NCBI GenBank assembly: GCA_964579795.1
Contig: CAZOHM010000012.1
Location: forward strand, 244 to 64,243
Direction of reading: 5' to 3'
Origin: an uncultured Lachnospiraceae bacterium
Lineage (GTDB): Bacteria; Bacillota; Clostridia; Lachnospirales; Lachnospiraceae
Length of the DNA: 64,000 bases
Shown here: positions 46,502-55,198 of the stretch, piece by piece
Layout of the letters: each line of letters starts with the position of its first letter
How positions within the stretch are numbered: the first letter of the stretch is position 1
The notes under the pieces: model-generated
What the model was told of the DNA's origin: nothing
Database searches by the model: none
The model's input: only the letters and a program-made list of their open reading frames with translations
Translations under genes and position numbers: made by a program

Positions 46502-46529
46502 TTGATTTTTCATGTTTTGTGTGTATAAT
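46502..46529 (+). promoter_or_regulatory. Candidate sigma-A promoter for the small hydrophobic peptide gene
   Basis: TTGATT(46502-46507)-16 nt-TATAAT(46524-46529). Confidence 0.5.
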
Positions 46530-46580
46530 AAATGGCATAGAAAACAGAAGTATACACTTTCGTGTGAAGGGAGTTATAAT

Positions 46581-46691
46581 ATGATTTTATTTGTTGGTAT
46601 CGTATTTATTGTAATCATTGCTGCTGTTGTAATTGCAGCTGTTTCCGCTGTTATTTCAGCTGTTGCTGCCAGCGAGGATATAGAGGATTAA
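46581..46691 (+). CDS. Unannotated 36-aa hydrophobic peptide (single TM helix, acidic C-tail)
   Basis: Below the ORF-track size cut-off. Translates to MILFVGIVFIVIIAAVVIAAVSAVISAVAASEDIED. GAAGGGAG RBS lies 7 nt upstream. Its 3' end overlaps the convergent oxidoreductase stop by 4 nt. Confidence 0.5.
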   Translation: MILFVGIVFIVIIAAVVIAAVSAVISAVAASEDIED

Positions 46692-48193
46692 ACAAATTTT
46701 CTCTTTTCTTTTTTCATAAGTGCCTGCACCGCAAACTTTCCACTCGTAGCAGCAATAGGGAGTCCCCCGTTTAATTGCAGCCACTGACTGGATATCAGTA
46801 CGTTGTTCAGCCCTTTTATTGTATTCTTCAGGTAAATGCTTTTACAGCCTTTCTGTCCAAAAAAGCTCATGTAAGCACCCTTATATGCGCTGCAGTACCG
46901 TTCGAAGGTTACGGGCGTATATGTTTCCAGAAAAACCAGTTTACCCTTTAGCTGAGGATATTTCTTTTCAATTCGTTCCTGTAGCTTTCCTGCTATTCTT
47001 TCTTTTTCTTTCTGATAGCTTTCCTTGTCCCGGTAAAGCTCTTTCCAATACAAATAATCCTCTTCATCCATTAATATATTACACTGTATGACATGCTTTC
47101 CGCTCGGAAATAATGTTTCGTCGTAATCATATTTGCGGATTGCCATATAATGCTCTTCCTTTGTCGCAATATGAAATGGCTCACAATCAAACATGACTGA
47201 TCCCGACGGCACACCCTCATCTGCATCTGCTTCCACTCCAAATGCCGCATGAAACATTGTAATCGTCTTATATCCTTCGCTGCTTGAATAGCATGAGCAC
47301 AGAGCTTTATCCATATATGTACTGTCCAACAGTCTGTGAAAGGTCACATCAGTGTCAGTAGCACAAATCACATAATCTGCTTTTATCAGCTTTCCATCTG
47401 CTATCTGAATACCAGTTGCAATATTGTTGCGGTCATGCTTTTGGGTTAGTATCTTATTTACTTCTGTGCATAAATGCAGCTTTCCTCCAAGCTTCTCATA
47501 CTGCTTAACCATGCGCTCTACCATTCCGACAGACCCGCCCTGTGGCAATCCACCTGTCTGACTCGTCAAAAATGAACATGACACAATTAGCGTAAATGCC
47601 ATATATTCTTTTGAAAAATATTTTGTCATCATTTCACGAACAAGTGGATTATGGAACCGATGAGTAATTTCTTCAACAGTCTCATTTCCATACTCTTTTG
47701 TTACCTTTGCTATATCAGCCATACCCATTCCAAACTTCATATATTCAACAAAATTCATTTCGGCTATGGATTTTTCACATGGTATCTGCATGCTCTCTGC
47801 ACATTTGACCGCATCAAAAAATTTATTAATTTCCTCTGTATCCTCAGGAGCAGTTTCCAGAAATTCATTTCTTGCTTTTTCCAGATCAGACCAGAAATGC
47901 AGCTGTTTTCCATCCTTGTCCAGCATATAGAAGTAAGGTTCAAAGTAGACCGGTATTTCATCAGACAGTACTCCAAGATCTCTCCATATCTGATTCATTT
48001 TGCTCTTTTTGTCAGATCCGATCAACCAGTGTATACAGTTGTCAATATGATATCCTTTCCTGTTCCAGCCGGTACATTCACCACCTGCAACAGCATTCTT
48101 CTCAAATATCTCTGTTTCAAATCCATTTCTCTGAGCATAAATTCCTGCGGAAAGACCTGCTATTCCTCCACCAATAATTACAACCTTTTTCAT
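46688..48193 (-). CDS. NAD(P)/FAD-dependent oxidoreductase, phytoene-desaturase (CrtI)-like family
   Basis: Dinucleotide fold KKVVIIGGGIAGLSAGIYA ... FEKN. ATG at 48193 with a GAGAGGA RBS. Confidence 0.8.
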   Translation of the reverse strand: MKKVVIIGGGIAGLSAGIYAQRNGFETEIFEKNAVAGGECTGWNRKGYHIDNCIHWLIGSDKKSKMNQIWRDLGVLSDEIPVYFEPYFYMLDKDGKQLHFWSDLEKARNEFLETAPEDTEEINKFFDAVKCAESMQIPCEKSIAEMNFVEYMKFGMGMADIAKVTKEYGNETVEEITHRFHNPLVREMMTKYFSKEYMAFTLIVSCSFLTSQTGGLPQGGSVGMVERMVKQYEKLGGKLHLCTEVNKILTQKHDRNNIATGIQIADGKLIKADYVICATDTDVTFHRLLDSTYMDKALCSCYSSSEGYKTITMFHAAFGVEADADEGVPSGSVMFDCEPFHIATKEEHYMAIRKYDYDETLFPSGKHVIQCNILMDEEDYLYWKELYRDKESYQKEKERIAGKLQERIEKKYPQLKGKLVFLETYTPVTFERYCSAYKGAYMSFFGQKGCKSIYLKNTIKGLNNVLISSQWLQLNGGLPIAATSGKFAVQALMKKEKRKFV

Positions 48194-48253
48194 GTATTTC
48201 CTCTCTGTATCTGTTGAACATGTTTCTATTTGACATGTTTGATCGGACACACT

Positions 48254-48292
48254 TATATTGAATATATTTTCATTGAATATATGTTCAATATA
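48254..48292. promoter_or_regulatory. AT-rich nested palindromes/repeats (TATATTGAATATA, ATTGAA-N6-TTCAAT) upstream of the oxidoreductase gene
   Basis: Read directly. ATTGAATATAT occurs twice (48257-48267 and 48272-48282), followed by an inverted TTCAATATA. Confidence 0.45.
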
Positions 48293-48294
48293 CT

Positions 48295-48323
48295 AAAAAA
48301 GCTGCTATATGTCAAGCAGCTTT
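48295..48323 (-). terminator. Rho-independent terminator of the adh-aldh operon
   Basis: AAAGCTGCT-N8-AGCAGCTTT, followed on the minus strand by TTTTTT. Confidence 0.8.
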
Positions 48324-48332
48324 CCGGATGTC

Positions 48333-49712
48333 TTATTTTAAAAACATTTCAAGTAATTTTTGATTAAGAGATGTGTATGGCTGATACCGCATAGGTAAAT
48401 CAATCCATGTTTTTTTATCAACGACACTTCTTTCATGTGAAAATGTTCTAAATCCTTCTTTTCCATGATATGCGCCCATTCCACTTTCTCCGACTCCACC
48501 AAATGCCATATTGGATGTTGCCAAATGAATGATTGTATCGTTAATGCAGCCTCCTCCAAAATTACATGAAGCAAATATTCGTTTTACCTTTCTTTGATCT
48601 GAAGTAAACAGATACAGAGCAAGAGGATGTGCGTGAGCATTAACCTGTGAAATTACCTCGTCAATTTTCTCGAAAGTCAGTATCGGCATTAATGGACCAA
48701 AAATCTCTTCTTTCATAACTGCATCTTCCCATGTAATGTCTGTCATTACAGTCGGTTCAATACGAAGTGCTCCCTCATCCGTACGTCCGCCATAAACAAT
48801 TTTATTCTGATTCATCAATGCTGCTAATCTTGTAAAATGCTTTTGATTGATGATTTTCCCATAATTCTCGTTGGCAAAAGCATCTTCCCCGAACTGTCTG
48901 ATAATCTCCTTCTTAATTTCAGGAATCAATTTGTCGACAACTTTACTGTTGCAGTAAATATAATCAGGAGCAACGCAGGTCTGTCCGCAGTTTAAATATT
49001 TTCCAAATACTATTCTTCTTGCTGCAAGTCTGATATTTGCCGTTTCGTCGACAATACATGGACTTTTTCCACCAAGCTCCAATGTAACAGGTGTCAAGTG
49101 CTCAGCTGCTCTTCTCATTACCTCATGCCCAACTGCCTGACTTCCGGTAAAAAAGATGTAATCAAATTTTTCCTGCAGAAGACATGTATTCTCTTCACGT
49201 CCTCCGAGTATAACTACCACATGCTCTTCCTCAAAGCTGTCGGCAATGACTTTAGCCATTATGCTGCTTGTTGCAGGAGAATAGGCACTAGGCTTGACTA
49301 CTACTGTATTACCTGCCGCAATAGCATCAATCAACGGATCCATTGTCAGCAAAAAAGGATAGTTCCACGGACTGATAATCAATACTGTCCCATAAGGTGC
49401 CGGGCTGACAAAGCTTCTGGACGCAAAATTCACAAGAGGTGTTGCAATTCTTTTTTCTCTGGCGAATCTGGGTGTATGCTTTATCATGTATGACAGCTCG
49501 CTCAGCGTCAATCCAACCTCACACATATAGCTTTCCATTTCACCCTTGCCAAGATCCTGCTTCAGTGCCGCAATTATTTGTGCTCTATGCTTAATAATAG
49601 AATTTTGCAGCTTCCTTAATGCATGTATTCGTGCTGCAACACTCTGTGTACTGCCTTTTTCAAAATACTTTTTCTGTTTATTTAGAATCGCTTTGATTTG
49701 CTCGTCATTCAT
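48333..49712 (-). CDS. NAD(P)-dependent aldehyde dehydrogenase (ALDH3-like)
   Basis: 459 aa, with ELGGKSP and catalytic-Cys region NCGQTCVAPDY. Confidence 0.9.
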   Translation of the reverse strand: MNDEQIKAILNKQKKYFEKGSTQSVAARIHALRKLQNSIIKHRAQIIAALKQDLGKGEMESYMCEVGLTLSELSYMIKHTPRFAREKRIATPLVNFASRSFVSPAPYGTVLIISPWNYPFLLTMDPLIDAIAAGNTVVVKPSAYSPATSSIMAKVIADSFEEEHVVVILGGREENTCLLQEKFDYIFFTGSQAVGHEVMRRAAEHLTPVTLELGGKSPCIVDETANIRLAARRIVFGKYLNCGQTCVAPDYIYCNSKVVDKLIPEIKKEIIRQFGEDAFANENYGKIINQKHFTRLAALMNQNKIVYGGRTDEGALRIEPTVMTDITWEDAVMKEEIFGPLMPILTFEKIDEVISQVNAHAHPLALYLFTSDQRKVKRIFASCNFGGGCINDTIIHLATSNMAFGGVGESGMGAYHGKEGFRTFSHERSVVDKKTWIDLPMRYQPYTSLNQKLLEMFLK

Positions 49713-49716
49713 ATTC

Positions 49717-50922
49717 CTATTTTACCTCCATTACATTATAGTACAGAACCTCCAGCTCCTTCGCATCCATAAGTTTTGGAACCGGATATAATGGGTTTCC
49801 TTCTTTATCAGCGTATTTTGCCAGCTGCGGAATATCCGCTTCTACGATTTCCGGTATTACCTCCTTAATTTGTAAATCTGACTGCATCTGGCGAATGGAA
49901 CTGATAAATTTTGCTGCACCTTCTTCATCAGTGTCATTTGCATCACATAAACCGACTACGTCTGCAAGCTTTCTAAGCTTATGCCATGCAGTACTTCCAT
50001 ACTCCTCCAATACGCTTGGTAAAAGCACAGCATTAGCCAATCCATGCGGTACATTGTATTTTCCGCCTAATGAATGAGCCACTGCATGCACATATCCAAC
50101 ATACGACTTTGTGAATGCACTGCCTGCAAGATAAGCTGCATACAGCATTTTTTCACGAGCCAGCATATTATTACCATCGCTGTATGCAAAGCGTATATAC
50201 TTATATATCAGCTGAATTGCTTTAATTGAGTCTTTACGAGTCCCAAAAGTCGTTGTTCTCCCTATATATGCTTCCACAGCATGTGTCAGTGCATCCATAC
50301 CTGTCGTTGCTGTCAACATCGGCGGAAGTGTTCTTGTTACTTCTGGATCAAGCACAGCGTAGTGCGGAATTAATGGAAAATCGTTTATAGGATATTTATG
50401 TCTTGTTTCTGTGTCTGTAATAATTGCTGCCAGTGTAGTTTCACTTCCGGTCCCTGCTGTTGTTGGAATTGCAATCAAAAGCGGAAGTCTGTTATGTACC
50501 TTCAGAATCCCCTTTACCTGTTCAAGTGTTTTATTTGGCTTTGCAATACAGACTCCGACTGCCTTTGCACAATCAATCGAAGATCCTCCTCCAAATCCAA
50601 TCAGCGCCTCGCAATGATTGTCAATATACAACGCCTTTGCCTCTTCAACATTCTGTGTTGTTGGATTAGCAACTGTCCCATCATATACTGTCAGTGTAAT
50701 ATTTCTTTCCTTTAGACAGTTTTCCAACGGTTTTGTGATTCCAAACCCTCGTACGCTCTTATCTGTGACAAGCAGTACAGAAGACACCTTTTTGTTCTCA
50801 AACAAATCCGGCAGCTCCTCCACACCATGTAAACGAATTGGCTTTCTGTATGGAAGTAAAGGCAAAGCAATTTTAAACCCGGTCTGAAAAATTCTGCAGT
50901 AAACTTTTTTAATTGTATTCAT
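49717..50922 (-). CDS. Iron-containing (group III) alcohol dehydrogenase
   Basis: 401 aa, with GFGGGSSIDCAKA and His-rich metal site THAVEAY ... HAVAHSLGG. Confidence 0.9.
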   Translation of the reverse strand: MNTIKKVYCRIFQTGFKIALPLLPYRKPIRLHGVEELPDLFENKKVSSVLLVTDKSVRGFGITKPLENCLKERNITLTVYDGTVANPTTQNVEEAKALYIDNHCEALIGFGGGSSIDCAKAVGVCIAKPNKTLEQVKGILKVHNRLPLLIAIPTTAGTGSETTLAAIITDTETRHKYPINDFPLIPHYAVLDPEVTRTLPPMLTATTGMDALTHAVEAYIGRTTTFGTRKDSIKAIQLIYKYIRFAYSDGNNMLAREKMLYAAYLAGSAFTKSYVGYVHAVAHSLGGKYNVPHGLANAVLLPSVLEEYGSTAWHKLRKLADVVGLCDANDTDEEGAAKFISSIRQMQSDLQIKEVIPEIVEADIPQLAKYADKEGNPLYPVPKLMDAKELEVLYYNVMEVK

Positions 50923-50925
50923 ATT

Positions 50926-51366
50926 CTATTCCTCACTTATCAGATATTTCTGAAGATTTCTTGAAATTTGAAGCAATGCTTTGTAAAAAGCGATTCTCTC
51001 GCTTTCTGACAGCTTTTCGCTCCCCGCAACAACTGCTTTTTCGACGATTTTACTGATTCTAATACTGACTTTCTGTCCTGCTTCTGTCAGCTTGACAGGT
51101 GCACGGTATTTCTGTGTGTTTTCAATCACTGCATATCCTCTTTGTGATAATTCTGCTACAGTCCTTGAAATTGCCGCCTTGTCCTCATCACATAGCTCAC
51201 TCAGCTCTGTCACTGTCAAGCCGTCTGGATGCTTGGCCATATGATATAAGCACATCAAATAGGAACCCTTCAAATCCAATTCTTCCATTTCACGTTTTTT
51301 AATACGATGCAGGTTTCTGTAAATCTGATTAATCGTTGTTACAAACAACTCAAATCTATCTTTCAT
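50926..51366 (-). CDS. MarR-family transcriptional regulator
   Basis: 146 aa. wHTH LTVTELSELCDEDKAAISRTVAELSQRGYAV. AAGGAG RBS. Confidence 0.88.
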   Translation of the reverse strand: MKDRFELFVTTINQIYRNLHRIKKREMEELDLKGSYLMCLYHMAKHPDGLTVTELSELCDEDKAAISRTVAELSQRGYAVIENTQKYRAPVKLTEAGQKVSIRISKIVEKAVVAGSEKLSESERIAFYKALLQISRNLQKYLISEE

Positions 51367-51385
51367 ACGTACTCCTTTGAATTAC

Positions 51386-51442
51386 TTGTTGACAAATCAA
51401 CATCTTGATAATAACAATCCGTTGTTGATTTGTCAACAACGG
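51386..51442 (-). promoter_or_regulatory. Two TGTTGA-N4-TCAACA palindromes overlapping a sigma-A promoter (MarR autoregulatory region)
   Basis: Box 1 at 51386-51402 and box 2 at 51419-51442 (CCGTTGTTGATTTGTCAACAACGG). On the minus strand, TTGACA (51436-51431)-17 nt-TATTAT (51413-51408). Confidence 0.7.
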
Positions 51443-51475
51443 ATTCATCTGTACATGTTTAATTCTCAGACTCAT

Positions 51476-52363
51476 TTATACTTTTTTACTTACTAAGTCT
51501 TCTACTAACTCCGGTTCTGTTAAATGAATATAATGCGTACTCTTCGTAGCACTTATCCATTGGGAAGCTGTGCTGAAGGTAAGGTATTCCTTCATGATCT
51601 GCTGCCACATGTTTTCTACTTTTTCTGCAAACTCTTTTGTATTGTTTCCAAATAACATGTTTTCTTGTATTGCGAGATTTGAAGCGTGTGTTACAAGAAT
51701 CAACGGAATATCCGGAAATTGTCCTTTACTCTGTAAGTGCTTTATGTTCTCATCCATATGCGCCAGCTCATATTCTTCAATAACTGTTTGGGCATGAACA
51801 GGATTTTTTACACAGTTCAAAATATCCTCTGTCTCTTCTTTTGTAAAAGAATGATAATAATAAAATGGCGGTGCTTTTTTTAGCATTGCCTTTGTGATGA
51901 ATCCAAGCTTTAATCTGGCAAGTCGATACATGATCTTAAAATTCAGAATTTTATCAACACCGCTCTTTTTATATTCTTCGACAGAAAGCTTTTCCTTGAA
52001 CTCATTGTCAGATGCAGACAATGGATCGAGTAAAATCAGTTTTTCTACGATATCCGGATATAATCTGCAAAACTGTTGTGCATATAGTCCTCCCTGCGAA
52101 TGTGCCAAAATAATAATTTTTTCTGCATGTGGAATACTCTTAAGCAATTCATGCAATTCTTCCGCAATCTGCTGAGGCTTACGTTTTTCAGCGGAAGCCT
52201 CGCTATGATTAATCCCTGCTCTCTCATATACAAGAACAGTATGATTTTCTTTTGCAAGTAGACCGGCTAATGGCTCCCATTCACCGATGCAGGACCCAAG
52301 TCCCATCTCTACAACAATGTTTACTAATCCCTCTCCAAATATTTGATAATTCAAATTCAGCAT
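51476..52363 (-). CDS. Alpha/beta-fold hydrolase
   Basis: Nucleophile elbow AHSQGG. ATG at 52363 lies 5 nt after GGAGG; the track start is a TTG. Confidence 0.8.
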   Translation of the reverse strand: MLNLNYQIFGEGLVNIVVEMGLGSCIGEWEPLAGLLAKENHTVLVYERAGINHSEASAEKRKPQQIAEELHELLKSIPHAEKIIILAHSQGGLYAQQFCRLYPDIVEKLILLDPLSASDNEFKEKLSVEEYKKSGVDKILNFKIMYRLARLKLGFITKAMLKKAPPFYYYHSFTKEETEDILNCVKNPVHAQTVIEEYELAHMDENIKHLQSKGQFPDIPLILVTHASNLAIQENMLFGNNTKEFAEKVENMWQQIMKEYLTFSTASQWISATKSTHYIHLTEPELVEDLVSKKV

Positions 52364-52450
52364 ATCATCCTCCAAAATATAATCATTCGTTTTAAGTTTA
52401 TTTTACACGAATTATTATATTTTTCCAACCATGATTTGCTTTCTTTCATT

Positions 52451-52909
52451 CTATTTAATAGAGATATAAAAATGTACTTCTGCGTTTTCCATGTCACTGT
52501 TCTGATATTCTTCAAAATCGCAGACATACGTACGCTGTAAATCCTGCATCTGCCATAATTTCTGCCAGAAATCCGCAACTATCTGCTGCATATTCCCCTT
52601 CACTACAAATCTTGCATACTTACCTGCCGGAATTTTCTTACAAACCATGTTCTCAGAAATCTGATTGGCACTGCCAACTTCACATCCAACTGATACACTG
52701 TACTCGCTGTTACAGTCACTTTCATATTCTGAATAAATACAGACAGCCTTTTCACTGACTCTGTTATTTATTGTGGAATAGACATCCGGCTCATAAAACC
52801 GCTGCCACAGCCCTCCTATTACAGCTCCCATATCCGGATCGGAATTTTTGGTCCTTGCTGTCAGACATGCGACGATTTTCTCCTGTAGGTTAATTGTTTC
52901 GTAATTCAT
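52451..52909 (-). CDS. GyrI-like small-molecule-binding domain protein
   Basis: 152 aa. The pattern LTARTKNSD ... IPAGKYARFVVKG ... DFEEY is typical of GyrI-like/AraC effector-binding domains. AGGAGG RBS. Confidence 0.75.
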   Translation of the reverse strand: MNYETINLQEKIVACLTARTKNSDPDMGAVIGGLWQRFYEPDVYSTINNRVSEKAVCIYSEYESDCNSEYSVSVGCEVGSANQISENMVCKKIPAGKYARFVVKGNMQQIVADFWQKLWQMQDLQRTYVCDFEEYQNSDMENAEVHFYISIK

Positions 52910-52951
52910 ATGTTACCTCCTGTTTGTTTTGATACAGGAAGTATACCAATA

Positions 52952-52979
52952 ATAACCTGACATATGTATGTCAGGTTAT
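52952..52979. promoter_or_regulatory. Perfect 13-bp-arm palindrome ATAACCTGACATA-TG-TATGTCAGGTTAT between the WYL regulator and the GyrI-like gene
   Basis: Read directly. It could be the regulator-gene terminator, an operator in the GyrI-like promoter, or both. Confidence 0.6.
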
Positions 52980-53007
52980 ATAATTATATTTTTTAATTTT
53001 TTGTGAT

Positions 53008-53913
53008 TTACTTATTTATCATTATCATTTTATCCAGCAGCTTTGCATAGCTTTGTCTCAACTCAGGTGGCTCCAATATTTCAAGCTTATCACCAAATCC
53101 AAGAAAATACTGGAGCAGCCATTCTCTGTTTCCATTGAAATCGTACTCTACAATATAACTGTCGTCCTTTGTTTCTGTAATCTGTTCACGAAGCTCATCT
53201 AAAACACGATATCCCGCCTCTATGGAAATCTTAAGTTTCACATGGAATTGTTCTTCATTGCTCTCCTGATAATTCTTTTGAACAGTATCCCGCATATTTT
53301 TTCTTTCAAATGGCTCTCCATCTGACTGTGGCTGTTCTATGCGAGACAGCTTAAAGAAACGATAATCTGCTTTTATCCTGCAATACGCAAATAAATACCA
53401 GCTTTGCCCTTTGAATACAAGTTTATACGGCTCAACCGTTCGTTTGCTGCCTTCTCCCTTTGTATTCACATAGTAAAATGTCATCGTTTTGGATTTTTGA
53501 ATGCTTTCGCGTATTACGGAAAACAATTCTTTTTCTGTATCATTATTTCTCCACGAAGAAAAGTCTATTTCTATCCAGTCATCAATACTTTTCTGAAAAA
53601 TTCCCTTCAATTTGGACAAAGGTTCTGCCACATCCTCCTGACCGGTTGCCTTTAAACTCTGCAGTGCCATTACAATCTGAGACTGCTCTGTGTCTGTCAG
53701 CAAGGTTCTATTCAATGCATACTGTTCCATTAAATATATTCCACCCTGTTTTCCCTGCAGCGTATAGATTGGAATACCACAGGCTGACAAAACATCAAGA
53801 TCTCTATAAATCGTTCGAACAGATACCTCAAAGCGGCTGGCAAGTTCTGCTGCTGTAACAAACTTTCTCTCCAGCAGGATAAATGTTATTTCAAATAATC
53901 TCTCTGTTTTCAT
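53008..53913 (-). CDS. YafY-family transcriptional regulator (HTH plus WYL domain)
   Basis: N-terminal HTH (VTAAELASRFEVSVRTIYRDLDVLSACGIPI) and WYL core (EPYKLVFKGQSWYLFAYC). Confidence 0.85.
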   Translation of the reverse strand: MKTERLFEITFILLERKFVTAAELASRFEVSVRTIYRDLDVLSACGIPIYTLQGKQGGIYLMEQYALNRTLLTDTEQSQIVMALQSLKATGQEDVAEPLSKLKGIFQKSIDDWIEIDFSSWRNNDTEKELFSVIRESIQKSKTMTFYYVNTKGEGSKRTVEPYKLVFKGQSWYLFAYCRIKADYRFFKLSRIEQPQSDGEPFERKNMRDTVQKNYQESNEEQFHVKLKISIEAGYRVLDELREQITETKDDSYIVEYDFNGNREWLLQYFLGFGDKLEILEPPELRQSYAKLLDKMIMINK

Positions 53914-53962
53914 CGTTTTGTTTCCTCTATAGAAATTCTATAAATTCAGTTGTTCCTATAAA

Positions 53963-55198
53963 CTATAAATTCCTCATTTTCAAGTCTGCAACAAGCTGCA
54001 CATAAAATTCCCTGACATCAAAATCCGGTATATTCTCTCTATTCAAGTCAATCATATCCCCATGTGAAATTCCGCGGTTCCCGGAAACAGTAAGCAATCT
54101 GTATCGCTCTCCCCATACAAAGGATTTTTCTGATACTAGTCCATCATTGGCTCCGTCAAAATATTTTACAAGCGAATATGTAAAATTCAATGGAAATTTC
54201 CCGCTGACAGCCTTATTAAGTTTGGAGCCGATGCTTTGACAGAAAATTTCGTCATATATATGTTCCTCAGACTCCCTGTCCATTTTCTCTGTAAGCTGTG
54301 TACACCTGCTCGCTGTCAAATCATATACTGCTTTCATAAAATCAGGTCTCGCATCTCCCAGTCTTCTCAATGCACCATTATACATACCTGCTATCTGTTC
54401 CTGTGACTTTTGAGGTATTTTTGTCAGCAGATAATCCGCAAATTCACAGCCCTTATGTGGAGTGTTTATCGTTGTTATTGACGCCACATATGGCGCTACA
54501 CCACACAGACTGACTGCATACCTGCAATCCAGACCGCCCTTTGAATGAGCAATCACATTAACCTTCTCACAACCGGTTTCCTCAAGAATCTGTTTGATTC
54601 TTATCACCAGCTCCTTGGCACTTTCTTCAACCGACTCGGCTGACTGTTGATTTCCATAGTAAACTCTCGCACCATTTTTTATCAATTCATCTGGAATACG
54701 TCCCCAATAATTCAGATACTTAAAATCCCTAAAAAATACACCATGTACAAGCAGAACAGGATATTGAGTCTGACAGATTTTATCCATTTTTCTCTGCTCA
54801 TTGACTGCTTCCTTTTCTGTTTCAAACCGGACCTCGGCTGATACGATTTGAATTAGCCTAAACAAAATAACCAAATGGACAATCGGTATCAGACCACACA
54901 CTAATCCAAGTATTCGATAGTTAATTCCAAGCTGTACAGATGTACAGTAAACACAAATTATCCCGGTCCAGAAAATCAGTGACTCAATACAAATACACAA
55001 TATAAGCCAGCCAAGCCATGCCAGTATACTCTGTGGAAGCAGTTTAACTCCTGCAAAGATTAATAATACTGCCGCTGCGATGCTCGTTATGCAAAACAGC
55101 TTCAGACATATCACTCCTGCTTTGCATACTTGAAGTCTACCGTTATTGGTATGATATCGTTTCCTTTTTTTCGAGTTATCTGCTGTTTCCGTCTCCAT
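53963..55198 (-). CDS. Membrane-anchored lipase/esterase (alpha/beta hydrolase with polytopic N-terminus)
   Basis: About 4 N-terminal TM helices, then PVLLVHGVF and nucleophile elbow AHSKGG. Confidence 0.75.
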   Translation of the reverse strand: METETADNSKKRKRYHTNNGRLQVCKAGVICLKLFCITSIAAAVLLIFAGVKLLPQSILAWLGWLILCICIESLIFWTGIICVYCTSVQLGINYRILGLVCGLIPIVHLVILFRLIQIVSAEVRFETEKEAVNEQRKMDKICQTQYPVLLVHGVFFRDFKYLNYWGRIPDELIKNGARVYYGNQQSAESVEESAKELVIRIKQILEETGCEKVNVIAHSKGGLDCRYAVSLCGVAPYVASITTINTPHKGCEFADYLLTKIPQKSQEQIAGMYNGALRRLGDARPDFMKAVYDLTASRCTQLTEKMDRESEEHIYDEIFCQSIGSKLNKAVSGKFPLNFTYSLVKYFDGANDGLVSEKSFVWGERYRLLTVSGNRGISHGDMIDLNRENIPDFDVREFYVQLVADLKMRNL

